A program made the translations under genes and the position numbers. DNA of 64,000 nucleotides from the human T2T-CHM13v2.0 reference genome, Homo sapiens, in assembly GCF_009914755.1 (NCBI RefSeq), contig NC_060947.1, one strand, 5' to 3'. Below the pieces are notes generated by a model. It was not told the origin of the DNA, searched no databases, and saw only the letters and a list, made by a program, of their open reading frames with translations. The stretch's first letter is position 1, and each line of letters opens with the position of its first letter. This document shows, one piece after another, positions 1-13,996 of this stretch.

Positions 1-772
1 GCACATTTGAGTTTATATGTAGGATTCATCGTGTGGAAAAATAGTTAAGCAAATAGTTTCTTGTTAATACCTGAAATAATAACTTCTTGCATGTCAATGG
101 TTTGAAGCGGTGCAGAATATAGGAAAAAATGTACACTATCGTCAATGTTATAAACTGGAGACAGACAAACTGCATCAGGTATGCATTGTTCGAATCAAAG
201 AAGGCAAATGTTGTAATAAGTAGAGTGCAATGTTGTGTGTTGGAGATAGGGAAGACATTATCAGAATCTGTAGCCTCAGAAACGTCTTCTCAATCTTCTG
301 TTGTCCAGTTTATTCCTCTTGTCTATGCCATGAACTGAAGAGTCATGATAATTTATCCTCCTTCTTCTATGATTAGTAACTCTTCCTTTCAGCTTCAAAG
401 TGCTCTCTCTTTCTCTTTGTTTCATACACATCCTTTATTATTTTATATTCTCATGCATTCATTCAGATACTCATCCACTCATCCATCTGTCCTGATTCCA
501 ATTATCCATCTGTTTACCTAAAATTTATTAAGCACCTTCTTTGAGCTGGGCATTTTATTAAGGACTGCATAGATAAAGAGAAAGTCATCTATTCAACAGC
601 AGTGCCAATGTTGTAAGCAGTGGGAATTGTGCAGCAAAGCACAACCAAAAAAAACAAAATGAAAAACCAAATTCCTACACTTATGAGATTTACATTTGAG
701 TGGGATGACTAGGGTGATGTTTTCGACCTCTCTGAGTTCAAAATCAACTTGGAACTGAGTTTTAAAAGTCTA

Positions 773-1103
<331 letters not shown>

Positions 1104-1179
1104 CTATTGAGTACCATCTTAACTCTGAAGCTTAGAATGCAAGGCTATTTCAGAATTCAGCAGTCTCTATCTGGGCTCC

Positions 1180-1314
1180 ACCTCCCCCTGCCCCCTCCCC
1201 TTCCTCCTCCTCCTCCTCCTTCTTCCTCTTCCTCTTCCTCTTCTTCTTCTTTTTCTTCTTCTTCCTCTTCTTCTTCCTTCTTCTTCTTCTTCTTCTTCTT
1301 CCTCCTCCTCCTCT

Positions 1315-1346
<32 letters not shown>

Positions 1347-1347
1347 T
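1180..1347. repeat. (CCT)n/(CTT)n polypyrimidine microsatellite, probably the decayed A-tail of the adjacent minus-strand Alu monomer
   Basis: Pure C/T trinucleotide repeats directly abutting an Alu monomer 3' end. Confidence 0.9.
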
Positions 1348-1464
1348 AGGACAGTGGTCTCTTTATATTGCCCAGGCTGGTCACCAACTCCTGGCCTCAA
1401 GTAATCCTCCTGCCTCAGTCTCCCAAAGTGCTGGAATTGCAGGCATGACCCATCATTCCCAGCT
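1348..1464 (-). mobile_element. Alu monomer (FLAM/AluJ left arm)
   Basis: TTGCCCAGGCTGGTC..CTCCTGGCCTCAAGTAATCCTCCTGCCTCAGTCTCCCAAAGTGCTGG. Confidence 0.85.
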
Positions 1465-1484
1465 CTGTTTGGCCCTTATTTTAT

Positions 1485-1700
1485 CTTTACTCTCCTCTCC
1501 TTGCCTTTCCTCTCCTCTTTTCTTCTTTGTTCTCATCCTCCTCCTCCTCTTCCTTCCCCTCACCTCTTTTTTTTATTTCTCCTCCTCTTTCACATCTTCC
1601 TTCTTCTCCTCCTCTTTCTCCTCCTCCTTATTCATCTTTTTCTTCTCTCTCCTTCTCTTTCTTTCTCTTTCCCTGTCTCCTCTCTTACCCACTTTTTCTC
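1485..1700. repeat. CT-rich low-complexity tract
   Basis: Almost exclusively C/T. Confidence 0.85.
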
Positions 1701-2499
1701 AATTTCTGCATGATATGAAGTGTTCAACCATGTTCCACGCTATGCCGTAATACTCCTTTGCTTTGCAAAGTCCATCTCTTCTCACCTGGAATGTCTTCCT
1801 ATTTCTAGCAAACGTAAGCTCCCTTTTTCTGGAACCCTTGCTTAACTATCTCAGGCAAACTTAGGTCTACCACAGTGAACAAAAACAAATCCCCTGCCCT
1901 GGGAAACGACATTTGTATGGGATTTCCCTGGTACTGTAGCTCATTTAAGTGCCTCAGTAATACAACTCAACTAAGCTGCATTGGATTTTTTTAAATGACT
2001 GCTGTCCTCATTATGCTGGAAGACTCTTGAGGACACAAACAAAACTTTCGTGTTGATTCACCTGCATATTCTGAACACAGCAGTTGTTGAATACATATCT
2101 GTTAGATAAATGAACAGATGGGTTGCTGAGATGATCTTCCAAAGCAGGTTTTCAGTGGGAACAGGGATCAGAATATCTGACCATTGGTTGAATTTAGACT
2201 GTTGTCTTGGCATCATTTGGCTGGAGAATAAAAGATGGCTTTTAGGTGCTTTTAGAAGACCAGTGAGTCAGGTTGATGGTCCAATAGGGGCAGTATCCAA
2301 ATCATAGAAAGACCTTCCAACAAAGCTTCTGCAACCAAAAGATAAGACACTTTCTGAGTGACAAAGACCACCTGATTCTGCAAGTACTCTGCACTGGGTA
2401 AAACGTGCACCAGGAAGTAGAAAAAATAGGGGCAAGGGCAAGTGCAACCCAGCTAGAAGGCAATAGCTCTTCTGGAGGGGAAAACAGTCATGAATGAGT

Positions 2500-2670
2500 C
2501 ATTAGACTAAGTGAGACCCCTAGCTCAAGCATCTACTAACTCAGTAAACTTAGATCGGGCATGTCACCTCTCTGATTCTTAGTTTTCTCATCTGTAGAAT
2601 GAGAAGAACTCTGCCTAGGATTGTTTAGAAGACAAAACTTAAAAGCATGTAAAGTGCTTTGTAAGCTCTG
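2500..2670. mobile_element. MIR SINE fragment
   Basis: Core-like CACCTCTCTGATTCTTAGTTTTCTCATCTGTAGAATGAG and ATGTAAAGTGCTT. Confidence 0.6.
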
Positions 2671-2731
2671 ATGACTCTACACCTAAAATCTTAGTTTGGG
2701 GACATTCAGCCAAAGCTGTAGGTTTGACTTA

Positions 2732-3117
2732 TGTATGAGCCCCTTCTAACACTGCTATGAAGAAATACCTGAGACTGGGTAATTTATAAGGGAAAGAGGT
2801 TTAACTGACTCAGTTCCACATGGTTGGGAAGGCCTCGGGAAACTTACAATCATGGTGGAAGGGGAAGCAAACATGTCCTTTTTCACATGGTGGCAGAAGA
2901 GATAAATGAGTGCCCAGTGAAGCTGGAAGCCCCTTATAAAACCATCAGATATTCTGAGAACTAACTCACTATCATGAGACCAGCATGGGGGAGCCACCCC
3001 ATAATCTATTCACCTCCCACAAGTTCCCTCCCACAAGTTCCCTCCCACAACATGTGGGGATTATGGGAACTACAATTCAAGATGAGATTTAGGTGGGGGC
3101 ACAACCAAATCATATCA
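2732..3117 (-). mobile_element. THE1 (ERVL-MaLR) solo LTR
   Basis: TGTAT...CATATCA termini; GAGACTGGGTAATTTATAA motif; 5-bp TSD ACTTA at 2727-2731 and 3118-3122. Confidence 0.93.
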
Positions 3118-4299
3118 ACTTAGTACCTTGACAGAGATGAATATCTGCCGATGTACATCACAATTATTTTGTTTTAGTATATGAAAGATATATTATGTTT
3201 TGGTTATCTCAATGCTATGAGTATTGACTGTGACTTTTCACACAGTCATCATTTCAGAATGTCTTCAAGCAGTTTCAGGAACAGCAGACATTTAAAATCA
3301 CTTACCCTTTTCCCAGTTGCTCAATGTTTGACATCCACATTTATCATAATAGAACACAACATGGTTGCTATGGAGATTGATATGTTTTTCATGTTTCCAT
3401 ACAGTTAATGGCATTGTGTGTCCAAGAATGCACAAAATGCTACCCATGGAGTAAAGCAGATGTATTTTGGTCTTTTCTCCCACAATTCCAAATGCACCTT
3501 TTACGATCCTCTTCACAGGAGAGTGACAAGGGTTGGTTGTACTCTAGTGCCAAGTCTTACTCTTTATTCTTACCTTCTATTTCACTAAGTGCAAAATAAA
3601 ATCAATGAGGTACTAGTGGAAACCTCAAGTTAGACCACAGCCTGATGGCTGATTGCTTCTATTTAAACAATTTTAAGTAGAGACTTACTCTGACACATTA
3701 AAATGTAATAATTCTAAATTGGATACACTCGAAGGTCCTTATCAGAAATGAGGATTTGTGTTATATTTTAGTAACAGAACTAGATTTGGATCTAGAAGAA
3801 TTAGGTCTCACCTCTAACTTTCTGCTGGTCACTTAATCTCTCTCAGTTGACATTTCTCATCTTTAACATAGGAGGGTTGGACTAAATCTACCTACAAGCT
3901 CTTCTTACTGTGAGATTTCCATTAAGCCTGTATTTTGGACACTTTTAATTCAGAAAGCATTTGCTAAATAAAATTGAAGTGACAAAATTCCATTTGCTTC
4001 ATAGTGCAAATTGCACTGAGTGCATGGTCTAATATTGTTTGTTTGATAATTGGCTTTAAAATGCCTTCTTATAAACTGCACGGTGTATGTGTGTATGAAT
4101 ATTAACTTTATTTGCAGTCCAGTCTAGAGCCTTAGTATTTTAAGAATCTTAATCAGAAATCCAAACATATCCAAAAGTTTATATTCCAAATATCCTTTTT
4201 GGAATCAACAACAGAGTGTCCTTATTTATCATAAGGTGTACTAGAAATAAGTTTTTTTGGTGGGTGACATGGACAGTGACTATATATATGGTAATATAG

Positions 4300-4787
4300 T
4301 GTGGCAGGCCGAATAATGCCTCTACCAAAGATGTTCATATACGAATTCCCTGAAACTGTGAATATGTCACTTGCACGACAAAAGGCTATTCTGGTCCCAG
4401 ATGGAATTAAAATAGGGAGATTTTTAAAATAGGGAGATCATCTTGGATTATCTAGGTGGGCCCAATGGAATCACAGAATCTTTAAAAGTGGAAGAGAAAG
4501 ACAAATAAGTCAGAGTGATAATGGCATGAAACCTGCTATTGCTGGCTTTGAAGATGGAAATTGGGGCCATGCCTCAAGAAATATAGGTGGTCTCTAGATG
4601 CTAGAAAGAACAAGGAAACATTTTCTCCCTTAGAACTTCCAGAAGGAATGAAGCCCTGACAACACCTTGATACTAACACATTGAGAGCCATGCTGGATTT
4701 CTTCAGAACATATGACAATAACTTTGTGTTGTCTTAAACCACTAAGTGTGTGATGCTCTGTTACATTGGCCATAAAGAACTAATACA
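4300..4787 (+). mobile_element. MLT1D-like MaLR solo LTR
   Basis: TGTGGCAGGCCGAATAATG..CCAAAGATGTTC start, GGATTATCTAGGTGGGCCCAATG internal, AACTAATACA end. Confidence 0.85.
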
Positions 4788-5866
4788 CATAATTTGTATG
4801 TGTCTGAGAATGTGGGCAGCCCAGCACCAAGTAGCTTCAGGCCAATGTTCATGTTCTATAGTCCAGTGAGTCCCATGTAGCCCACCCTTCGTCACCCTCT
4901 ACACTTCCAGGGGAGACTTTTGTCCAAAGCAATCTTAAACATGTATAAATCTGACTTTGGAATATCATTCTTTCTATGTCAATGGGTATCTTTTGTGAAA
5001 AGCTCCTGTGTACGGAGACTATTCTTGAGGTTATCACAGTGTGTCTGTAGGCTAATAAATATTTGTTCTGTTGGTGGGGTTGATCTCCATGGTAAAGCAT
5101 CCCCTAGAAAGCCAAGTTCTGGGGCTGGTCTTATATTGGGAGCCTCCTGATATGGTCCAAGGAACCTGGGAACTGATGAACAGCTAAATTGGCTTAGGTC
5201 AGGTGAGAAAGTTTAAAACAAAGGAAAGAAAAGCCTATAGATTTGACTATAATTAATTCAATAATTATAAATGAGCATGTTTGTTCATTATAGTCAGCAC
5301 TATGGGCAAATATTTTAAGCATTTAATTTTTCAATGAGCATTGTAGAAATTCATACTTTTCACTAATTTAGACTGACCTTTTCCATCAGTTACCCTTAAG
5401 TCATTAATATTATGCTGTCATTAATTTGCTAGAATACAATCAGCCTAGAGTCAATTCTGAACATCACAGAATTAGCGTGGACATTTAAGTCATTACTGAA
5501 AATCAAACTCTCTTTTTTGTTGAGTGATAAGTAGCCATAATGTGCACATTAATTGGGATAAGCTACCCTGAGATGAAAGGAAGGGGGTTAAATTTATCAT
5601 TTAATTATAAAGCAATCTTCTATTTTATCTTCTAGATTTAAACTCCTTGACTGCAAGGGCTAGATGTACTTGCTTGGGTCTCTCCCAAAATGCCTGTCAC
5701 AGGGCTTGATCAGCCATGAATATATTTAAATTGCACTCATCAAAAGCACATGTAGATGTCTCTGAGAGAATTAGGGTGAAAAAATCGATAAAATAATTAG
5801 GCAGGCTATTTTTTGTGGGAAGTAACAGATGAATGGGGAATTTTCAATGCTAACGAATCAAAATGG

Positions 5867-6153
<287 letters not shown>

Positions 6154-8042
6154 AATCAAAATGAATAAGAAAGTTGTGTTCTGGGTCAGCATTCGTTCCA
6201 TTCAAAGTAGGAATGAAGAAAAATTTGGAAAATCTGCCCATTGCGGAGCTTACAGTTTAGTGACACAGGTGTCCCTGAGATGTTTTTGTCCAGTGTGAAA
6301 ATGTGGGAATTAGAAGTCCTTATACACTCAGTGTTCTGGCGAATCATCCTTGCTGCTCCTAGATTTGACTTATGTCTAATGTTAAACTCCCTTTCTATGT
6401 CTGGGCAGCCAAGATAATTTAATTTTAATGTTTTCAAAAGAAATGGCTTTGATTCTGAGAGGTAAAGAGAAATATACAAGCAAAAGGGTTTTTAAAAACA
6501 TACGAAGCATTGAAATCTCAATTATTAGATTCAATTCTATGTAATGAGAATATTAGATATTGTAAATTTAATTATGTGAAATGAACATAGAAAAAACAAA
6601 CTTAAAAGCAAACAAGCCAAGAAATGTTTAACATTCATTTCCAAAAATTACTGAATCATGGGTGAACTGCACTTTCTGCTTTTTTGATCTTTTCAGTATC
6701 TTTTTATAGAGAGCTTACACTGTCAAAGAAAAAATAATAGTTTAAAAATTATTTTAAATCGATAAACATATAATTTAAGTTGTCCATTTCATTATATAAA
6801 TAACTAATAGAACCTATGTTATTTGCTGAGATTTCACACATTTTCCACAACTTTTCATGACACATACAAAACTTTGATATTGATCTAAATATCAGTCTTT
6901 AATTTGAGAAATACATGTTTCCTCTCAAATACCTGTGGTTTACGATTTTACTAATCAGCAGGGTAATATGGTATTCTGGGAAATTGTATAGGACTTGCTT
7001 TTATGTTCACACATAAGATGAAATTCAGATAATCACAGGTATTGAAAATAAACACTTTGCAAGTGCTTGGATGAGCTGAATTCAATTTAAAAAGAAAACT
7101 AGCACTTTGCCTAAACACATATAATTGTATGTACTTAAATCATTATATACTAATTTGGATTAAAAGAAGGTGTCATAACTTCAAATTCAATATGAAGATC
7201 ACAGCGTATTATAACAATTCACTGTCTCTGTGGGTCTTTTAGCTCTTGGCTTTCTCTCCCGAAGAAACTCGTGCAATGAGCTGGGCAATCTTACCTTGCA
7301 AACACACATCACACCATCAAAATAACTGGTCTTAAAGGAAAAAGGAAGCTTGCAAGTATTACATGTTCTCCCAAAATGTTTTGTAAAATAAATAGATGGA
7401 GCAATCTTTTCAATGATAAACATGATCATTATTCAGATATTTAAGATCCAGACATTTTTCTTTATAGAGTGACTTACTCTGAAATGTACCCTGGGTCCTT
7501 CAATCATTCTCCAGAGACAGTGTCCAATGCAGACAATAGATAATTGGCTCTCTCACTTCCTAACTGTGTGACATTTCATCTCTTGAGCTCTATGATTATG
7601 TTTCCCTATAAACAAAATGGAGGAGGAGATGATTCATAAAGATGAATTTATTTACTGATCAAACACATATGCTTTTATTAGGTTGGTCCAAAAGTCACTG
7701 CGATTTTTGCCACTGAAAGTAAAGGCAAGAACTGCAATGGCTATTGAACTAGGTGCCGTATCATGCTCAGGGATTATAAAGATGAGTATTGGCTCCTTTT
7801 ATTGTGCTCAAGCCTCACTGTTCGTTATCAAACCTACATGTATAAATCAACTCTGTACTGAATGTGAGAGGTAGAGGCTTTGTGCAACAAGACTTGACCG
7901 CCTCCTGGTTTTGTGTAGATCTCACTAGAATATAAGTAGCTTCAGGGCAAGGATTTCTCTCTGTTTTGTGCTCATTTGTATCCACAACGACAGAAGTGCT
8001 TGGAATACAGTTCAAGAAAAGTTTGCTGAATCAGCAAATGGC

Positions 8043-8610
8043 CAATGCTTTCCAGTGGGATTTTCTACAATCATAGAAATCAGTGTTGCCCAATATGGTA
8101 GCAGCTAGCCACATATGGCTATTGAGCGATTTTATTGTGGCAGATGTAAACAATTGTATTAGTTCATTCTTACACTGCTATGAGGAAATACCCAAGACAG
8201 GGTAATTTATAAATGAAAGAAGTTTAATTGACTCAGTTCTGCAAGGCTGGGGAGGCCTCAGGAAACTTTCAGTCATGGTGGAAGGGGAAGGAAATACGTC
8301 CTTCTTCACGTGGCAGCAGTAAGGAGAAGAATGGGAGCACAGTGAAGGGGAAGCCCCTTATAAAACCATCAGATCTCGTGAAAACTTACTATCATGAGAA
8401 CAGCATGGAGGAAACTGCCCCCATGATTCAATTACCTCCCACTGGGCCCCTCCCACAACATGTGGGGATTATGGGAACTACAATTCAAGATGAGATTTGG
8501 GTGGGGACATAGCCAAACCATATCAACAAGTAACCAGTTTTTAAATTTAATTGAAGAAAACAAATTTAAATGGCCACAGGAAGCTGTTGGTTACCTTAAT
8601 AGACAGCACA
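8043..8610. mobile_element. MER3 (hAT-Charlie) DNA transposon split by a THE1 LTR
   Basis: CCAATATGGTAGCAGCTAGCCACATATGGCTATTGAGC before the THE1; AAATTTAAATGGCCACA..GACAGCACAG after it. Confidence 0.75.
8155..8525 (-). mobile_element. THE1 solo LTR
   Basis: TGTATTAG...AAACCATATCA termini; TSD ACAAT/ACAAG; TGATTCAATTA motif at 8424-8434. Confidence 0.93.
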
Positions 8611-8759
8611 GGGCTCATGTTTTCATTTGGTGTTTTCTAAAAGGATGAAATACTAGTTTTATTTTTGGTGACTAGCCTAGGTGCACTTAATTTTCTCTTA
8701 CAAACTCATAAAATAACAAAACTAGGAAAGGAATGACCCCAAGTTTGCTTTAATATTCT

Positions 8760-9560
8760 CCATTTATGGTGTATTTTTTATACAGAAATTTTGATTAGTG
8801 GTTTCCTTTGTGACTTATCTATACTTTCATCGTTAGAAAGACCTTCCCACTCCAAGATTATAAATTCTCCCATCCTTCCTTCTAGTATATTTAATACAAG
8901 CATAGCTTCATTGTTTATATTTAAATCATTGATCTATTTAGAATTGATCCGTGAATATATTGTGGGACATGGATCTAGATTTTTCTTTTTCTTTTTCATC
9001 TTTTTTTAGAGATGGGGTCTTGTTCTGCTGCCCAGGAGAGAGTGGAGTGGGGTGATCACAGCTCACTGTAGCCTCAAACTCCTGAGGTCAAGTGATCCTC
9101 TTGCCTGAGCCTTCCAAACAGCTGGGACCACAGGTATATGCCTATCATGACCTAATAATTATTTTTATTTTTGTAGAAGTGAGATCTTGCTTCGTTGCCC
9201 AGGTTGGTATTGACCTTCTGGCTTCAAAGGATCCTCCCTCCTAAGTCCCTCCCTTCCCAGATTTAAATTTTTCCATAAGGCTAACCAAGTGTTCCAATCT
9301 GTTTGTTGAAATTTATCTTTTCCCAAAGATTGACATGCCAGCTATTCATGTCCGGAATTCCTATATACATTTTACCTATTCTGGACTCTTTGGTCTGTTC
9401 CATTGGTTTGTCTCTATGTCTGCTTACCAATGCCATGTTACTTTAATCATTGAGGATTTATAATATGCTACAAGACTATTTCAATGACTTTTAACCATCC
9501 TCTTCATTGTTTTTATTTTCCAAAGGCTTCCTAGTTATTCTTTGTTCATTTTTCTAATAT
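8760..9560 (-). mobile_element. Old L1 (L1M/L1ME-like) ORF2 fragment interrupted by an AluJ
   Basis: TTAGAAAGACCTTCCCACTCCAAGATTATAAATTCTCC and CTATTCTGGACTCTTTGGTCTGTTCCATTGG resemble antisense L1M ORF2. Confidence 0.7.
8981..9253 (-). mobile_element. AluJ SINE, 5' truncated
   Basis: T-rich tail then AGAGATGGGGTCTTG..CACAGCTCACTGTAGCCTCAAACTCCTG. Confidence 0.88.
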
Positions 9561-9641
9561 GGTCTTCCAATTAGTGGTTGTTTATTATATATGTGACCAT
9601 CATTTGTTTTTATATATTATTTTGTATTCCCTACTGAATTT

Positions 9642-10210
9642 CCAAATGGCAAACCAGGAGAAACATTGTGATTCATATCACAAGCAAAGGACTGAACTCC
9701 TTCCTCTAGGAGCGGCTCCTAGGAGGTGATTATTAAAAGATCAACAAGCGATAGATAGCAAACGGGCAAAGGGTATGCATGGACAGTTCCTAGAAAAAAA
9801 AAAAAGAATTCGGCCAGGCATAGTGGCTCAAGCCTGTAATTCCAGCATTTGGGGAGGCAGAAGTGGGTGGATTGCTTGAGCCTAGGCATTCAAGACCAAC
9901 CTGGGCAACACAGCAAAACCCCATCTCTACAAAAAATACAAAAATTAGCTGGGCATGATGGCTCATGCCTGTAGTCCCAGGTACTCAGAAGGCTGAGGTG
10001 AGAGGATCGCTTGAGACCAGGAGATGGAGGCTGCAGTGAGCTATGATGACACCACTGCATTCCAACCTAAGCGTCAGAGTGAGACCCTTTCTCAGAAAAA
10101 AAAAAAAAAAAAAAAAAAAAGGAATTCAAATGGCTTTTGAAAAAGGGAAGATATGCATGTTAAAATAATACAATTATTATGTAAGCAAATTACAAGTTCA
10201 CTGAAATATT
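9642..10210 (+). mobile_element. Old L1 (L1ME-like) ORF2 fragment interrupted by an Alu
   Basis: CAAATGGCAAACCAGGAGAAAC..CATATCACAAGCAAAGGACT..GGGCAAAGGGTATGCATGGACAGTTC. Confidence 0.6.
9812..10120 (+). mobile_element. AluJ SINE
   Basis: GGATTGCTTGAGCCTAGG and GCAGTGAGCTATGAT (J-type); flanked on both sides by an A-run plus GAATTC. Confidence 0.93.
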
Positions 10211-11063
10211 TTAAAATGTATTACATGAGGAGGAGAAAGAGGTAGGCAAGAAAAAGGAAGAGGTGGAAGAGGAGGAAGAAAGGGAGGAGAATGAGCAAAT
10301 ATTGGTTACAGCCAAATTATAACTCAGAGTACACTAGTTCCTTCTTGTGTCTATTCACGGGGAGGGTCGTCTTCATTTCTTTACCTGTATCCAGCTTCCC
10401 AGTACAAAATAAACGCCTGTGATTAGGTTCAGGAAGCATACTCTGTGAGTATTTGCAAGAGCCTGGGTGCTGGCTTCTCAGATGCAAACACTGCAGTCCC
10501 TCTATGAGGCAATTGCTGATAAGGTGAAGTCACTTTGAGACCACTTTTGCTGACTGACTTACCATATTCCGAATCACTTGTTGGTGCTGTCTCTCTCCCT
10601 TTGATGGAAAAAGAGAAACCAGCCTGTTTTATGTGGAAAGTTTCCATGTGTCTTAGCAACTTCTCACTCTCAAGTTGACTGTGAGTCGTTTTCCTGTTTG
10701 TCTCATCTCTGCCAGTGCACGGAGCTCACAGGAGCAGCTGAAGCAAGGAGAATAATGAGAGAACAGACTGTCCCGAAAGAGACAATTTGGGAATATCTCA
10801 CCATAAGGAGGGAAGCTAAGAGTTGGGAGAAAACTTAGGCTGATGGATACAAGGAGAACCTGACTTTGCCCACCAAGAGTTTTGACAAAAACAAATAGTA
10901 GTAACAAATAATAATAATAATAATAATAATAATAGCAGATAAGTGGTGTGGGAAGCATGATCCTGATACCCTCAACATCCTTCTGTGGCTGACTGTGGCT
11001 TTGACTTGAAAGAGAAAGCACATTGAAGCATCATATGCCCAAGCCACAGGAGCAGGTTTATTC

Positions 11064-11822
11064 TAGACCTGCTCTTCAATATGGTGGCGAGTCAACACAG
11101 GTGGTCATTGAGTGCTTCAAATGGGGCAAGTCTAAATATGGATAGATTGCAAGTATCACATACACACCTGATTTCAAAATATGTTAATAGGTAAAATATT
11201 TCCTTGATATTTTTAACTATTGATTACCTATGTTGAAATAATAATATTTTAGATATAAAGTTGACTGTTAAACAACATGGGGTTTAGGGGTGCCCACCCC
11301 TGAGCCATTGAAAATATGCGTATAACTTTGGACTCACTCAAAAATTAACAACTAATAGCCTACTATTAGCCTTATCAGTAACATAAATAGTGGATTAACA
11401 CATATATTGTATGTTATATGTATTATATACTGTATTCTTACAATAAAGTAAGCTAGAGAAAAGAAAATGTTGTTAAGAAAATCATAAGGAAAAGAAAATA
11501 TATTTGCTATTCATTAAGTGGAAGTGGATCACCATAAAGGCCTTTATCCTCCTTGTCTTCACGTTGAGTAGGCTGAGGAGGAGAAGGAAGAGGAAAGGCT
11601 GGCCTTGCTGTCTCAAGGGTAACAGAGGAAGAATAAACTCTATATGTAAGTGAACCCACACAATTCAGACCTGTGTTGTTCAAGGGACAATTTTATTGAG
11701 TTAAGGAAAATATGTTATTCAAGTCAATTTCACCTATCCTATCTACATTGTTTTAAGGCATGCTACTAGAAAATTCAAAATGACACATGTGGTTTGCACA
11801 TATTTCTGTTGGATTATGCTAT
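11064..11822. mobile_element. MER33 (hAT-Charlie) split by Tigger2a
   Basis: CAATATGGTGGC..TTGAGTGCTTCAAATG..ATACACACCTGATTTCAAA left part; CAATTTCACCT..GCTACTAGAAAATTCAAAATGACACATGTGG right part. Confidence 0.7.
11258..11693. mobile_element. Tigger2a-like (TcMar) non-autonomous DNA transposon
   Basis: Degenerate TIRs AGTTGACTGTTAAACAACA / TGTTGTTCAAGGGACAATT; internal TACAATAAAGTAAGCTAGAGAAAAGAAAATGTT; ~435 bp. Confidence 0.8.
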
Positions 11823-11849
11823 TGTAAATTGTCCACATCAATAAACTTA

Positions 11850-12129
11850 GGCTGGGTGCAGTGGCTCACACCTGTAATCTCGGCACTTTGGGAGGCTGAG
11901 GCACGAGAATCTCATGAGCCCAGGATTTGGGGACCAGCCTGGACAACACAGCGGGACCTCATCTGCACAAATGTATCTAAAAAAAATTAGTCAGGCATGG
12001 GGGTGTGCACCTGTAGCACTAGCTACATGGGGGGCTGAGGTGGGAGGATTTCTTGAGCCCGGGTATTCGAGGCCTCAGTGAGTTGTGGACAACAGAGTGA
12101 GATCCTGTCTTTTGAAAATAAAAAAAAAA
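11850..12129 (+). mobile_element. AluJ SINE, diverged, with a right-arm deletion
   Basis: GGCTGGGTGCAGTGGCTCACACCTGTAATC start, A tail. Confidence 0.9.
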
Positions 12130-12781
12130 TGAATACAAGAGCAAAAACATGGAAAGAGCTGAGCTCTCTCTTTAGCTAAGTTACTGTGGACTTTGCCTAG
12201 GCAGGTGACATGTGCGTCACATGATGCAGGACATGGCTTGCATCTCCTTGGGCCCTCATTAACCCATCCCTAACTCTATCCCCTGAGCATCGCGTCTCCA
12301 TCTCTTACCTCCTTCTTAACCCCCTTTCTTTGTTTTCTCATAATGTAAACATTGTCCTGCATTCATTAGATGTAAACCTTACAAAAATCACTTGCTGTTT
12401 TTTTTTCCCTTTCCATATAAAACAGTCCCCTTTCTCCTTGATTTTGTGTCTGGGACATGCTTTCATCCACTACAGCATTGTTCCGTCTTAGAGTGGGAGA
12501 AGTCATGTTCCAACATCACTCCTCCCTTCTCTATTCAGAAGACTTAATCCCAACACAAACTCTCCCCTCTCCAAACACATATTCCTCAGAAAGACCTTCT
12601 GGCCATGGAGAGAACTATAGGACCGTAGAAGTGAGGAAACATTGCCAGATTTTTCCCTTTGTTATGGAAGGTCCCAGTTCAACAAGGTCTTCTTTCCCCA
12701 AATAAAATTACGCCTGAAACACAGAAGCCAGTTATTTAATACTTTGGTAGACTTGTCATGGAACCATGACAATAAGACTTA

Positions 12782-12885
12782 AATATGTATATATAAAAAT
12801 ATGTATATATAAATATGTATATGTATATATGTATCTATAAATATGTATATGTATATATAAATATGTATATATGTGTATATATATT
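12782..12885. repeat. (TA)n/(TATG)n degenerate microsatellite
   Basis: Alternating AT-rich repeat. Confidence 0.9.
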
Positions 12886-13173
12886 AGATCTAGTAAACTT
12901 AGAAGTGACTCAAAACAATGGTTTTTAACATTTCCACTTATCTGCCCTTCCATTTAAAGCTCTACCTCACCAGACCAGATCTTGCATAAATGCACATCTT
13001 TTAAACAGTACCTTCAAAGAAATTTATTTTGCACCCTCACTGATGAGAGTGTTTTAATCAGTTGAAATGTAGGTCATAACTTAAACTTCCAATCTAGAAA
13101 ATGCCTGTTTGACATAGAAAGTTATTTTGAGATGTTGGTTGCTAAACACCAGTCTTTAAAATATAATTAACTT

Positions 13174-13647
<474 letters not shown>

Positions 13648-13996
13648 TTACTTTAGGATTCCCTCTGGGGTAGGCTGAATAATGGCCCCCAAAGTTCTCC
13701 ATGTCCTAATCCCCAGAACCTGTAAATATGTGACCTTGCATGGCAAAATGAACTTTGCAGATGTGGTTAGGTTAAGGACATTGAGAAGGCAAGATTGTCC
13801 TGGATTATGCAGATGGGTTGTTATAAAAGGGATGCAGTGGGGTCAGAGGCAAAGAAAAAGATGAGACAGCAACAACAACAATGACAACAGACGCTAGAGT
13901 GACACAGGGCCATGAGCTAGAGGATGTGAACACCTTCTAGAAGCTAGAGAAAGCAAAGAGCTGACTGCTTCCTACAGCCTCCATAAGAAATCAGCC

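Noticed and set aside
1107-1750. Poly-S/F/E/R ORFs
   Set aside because: Translations of CT-rich microsatellites
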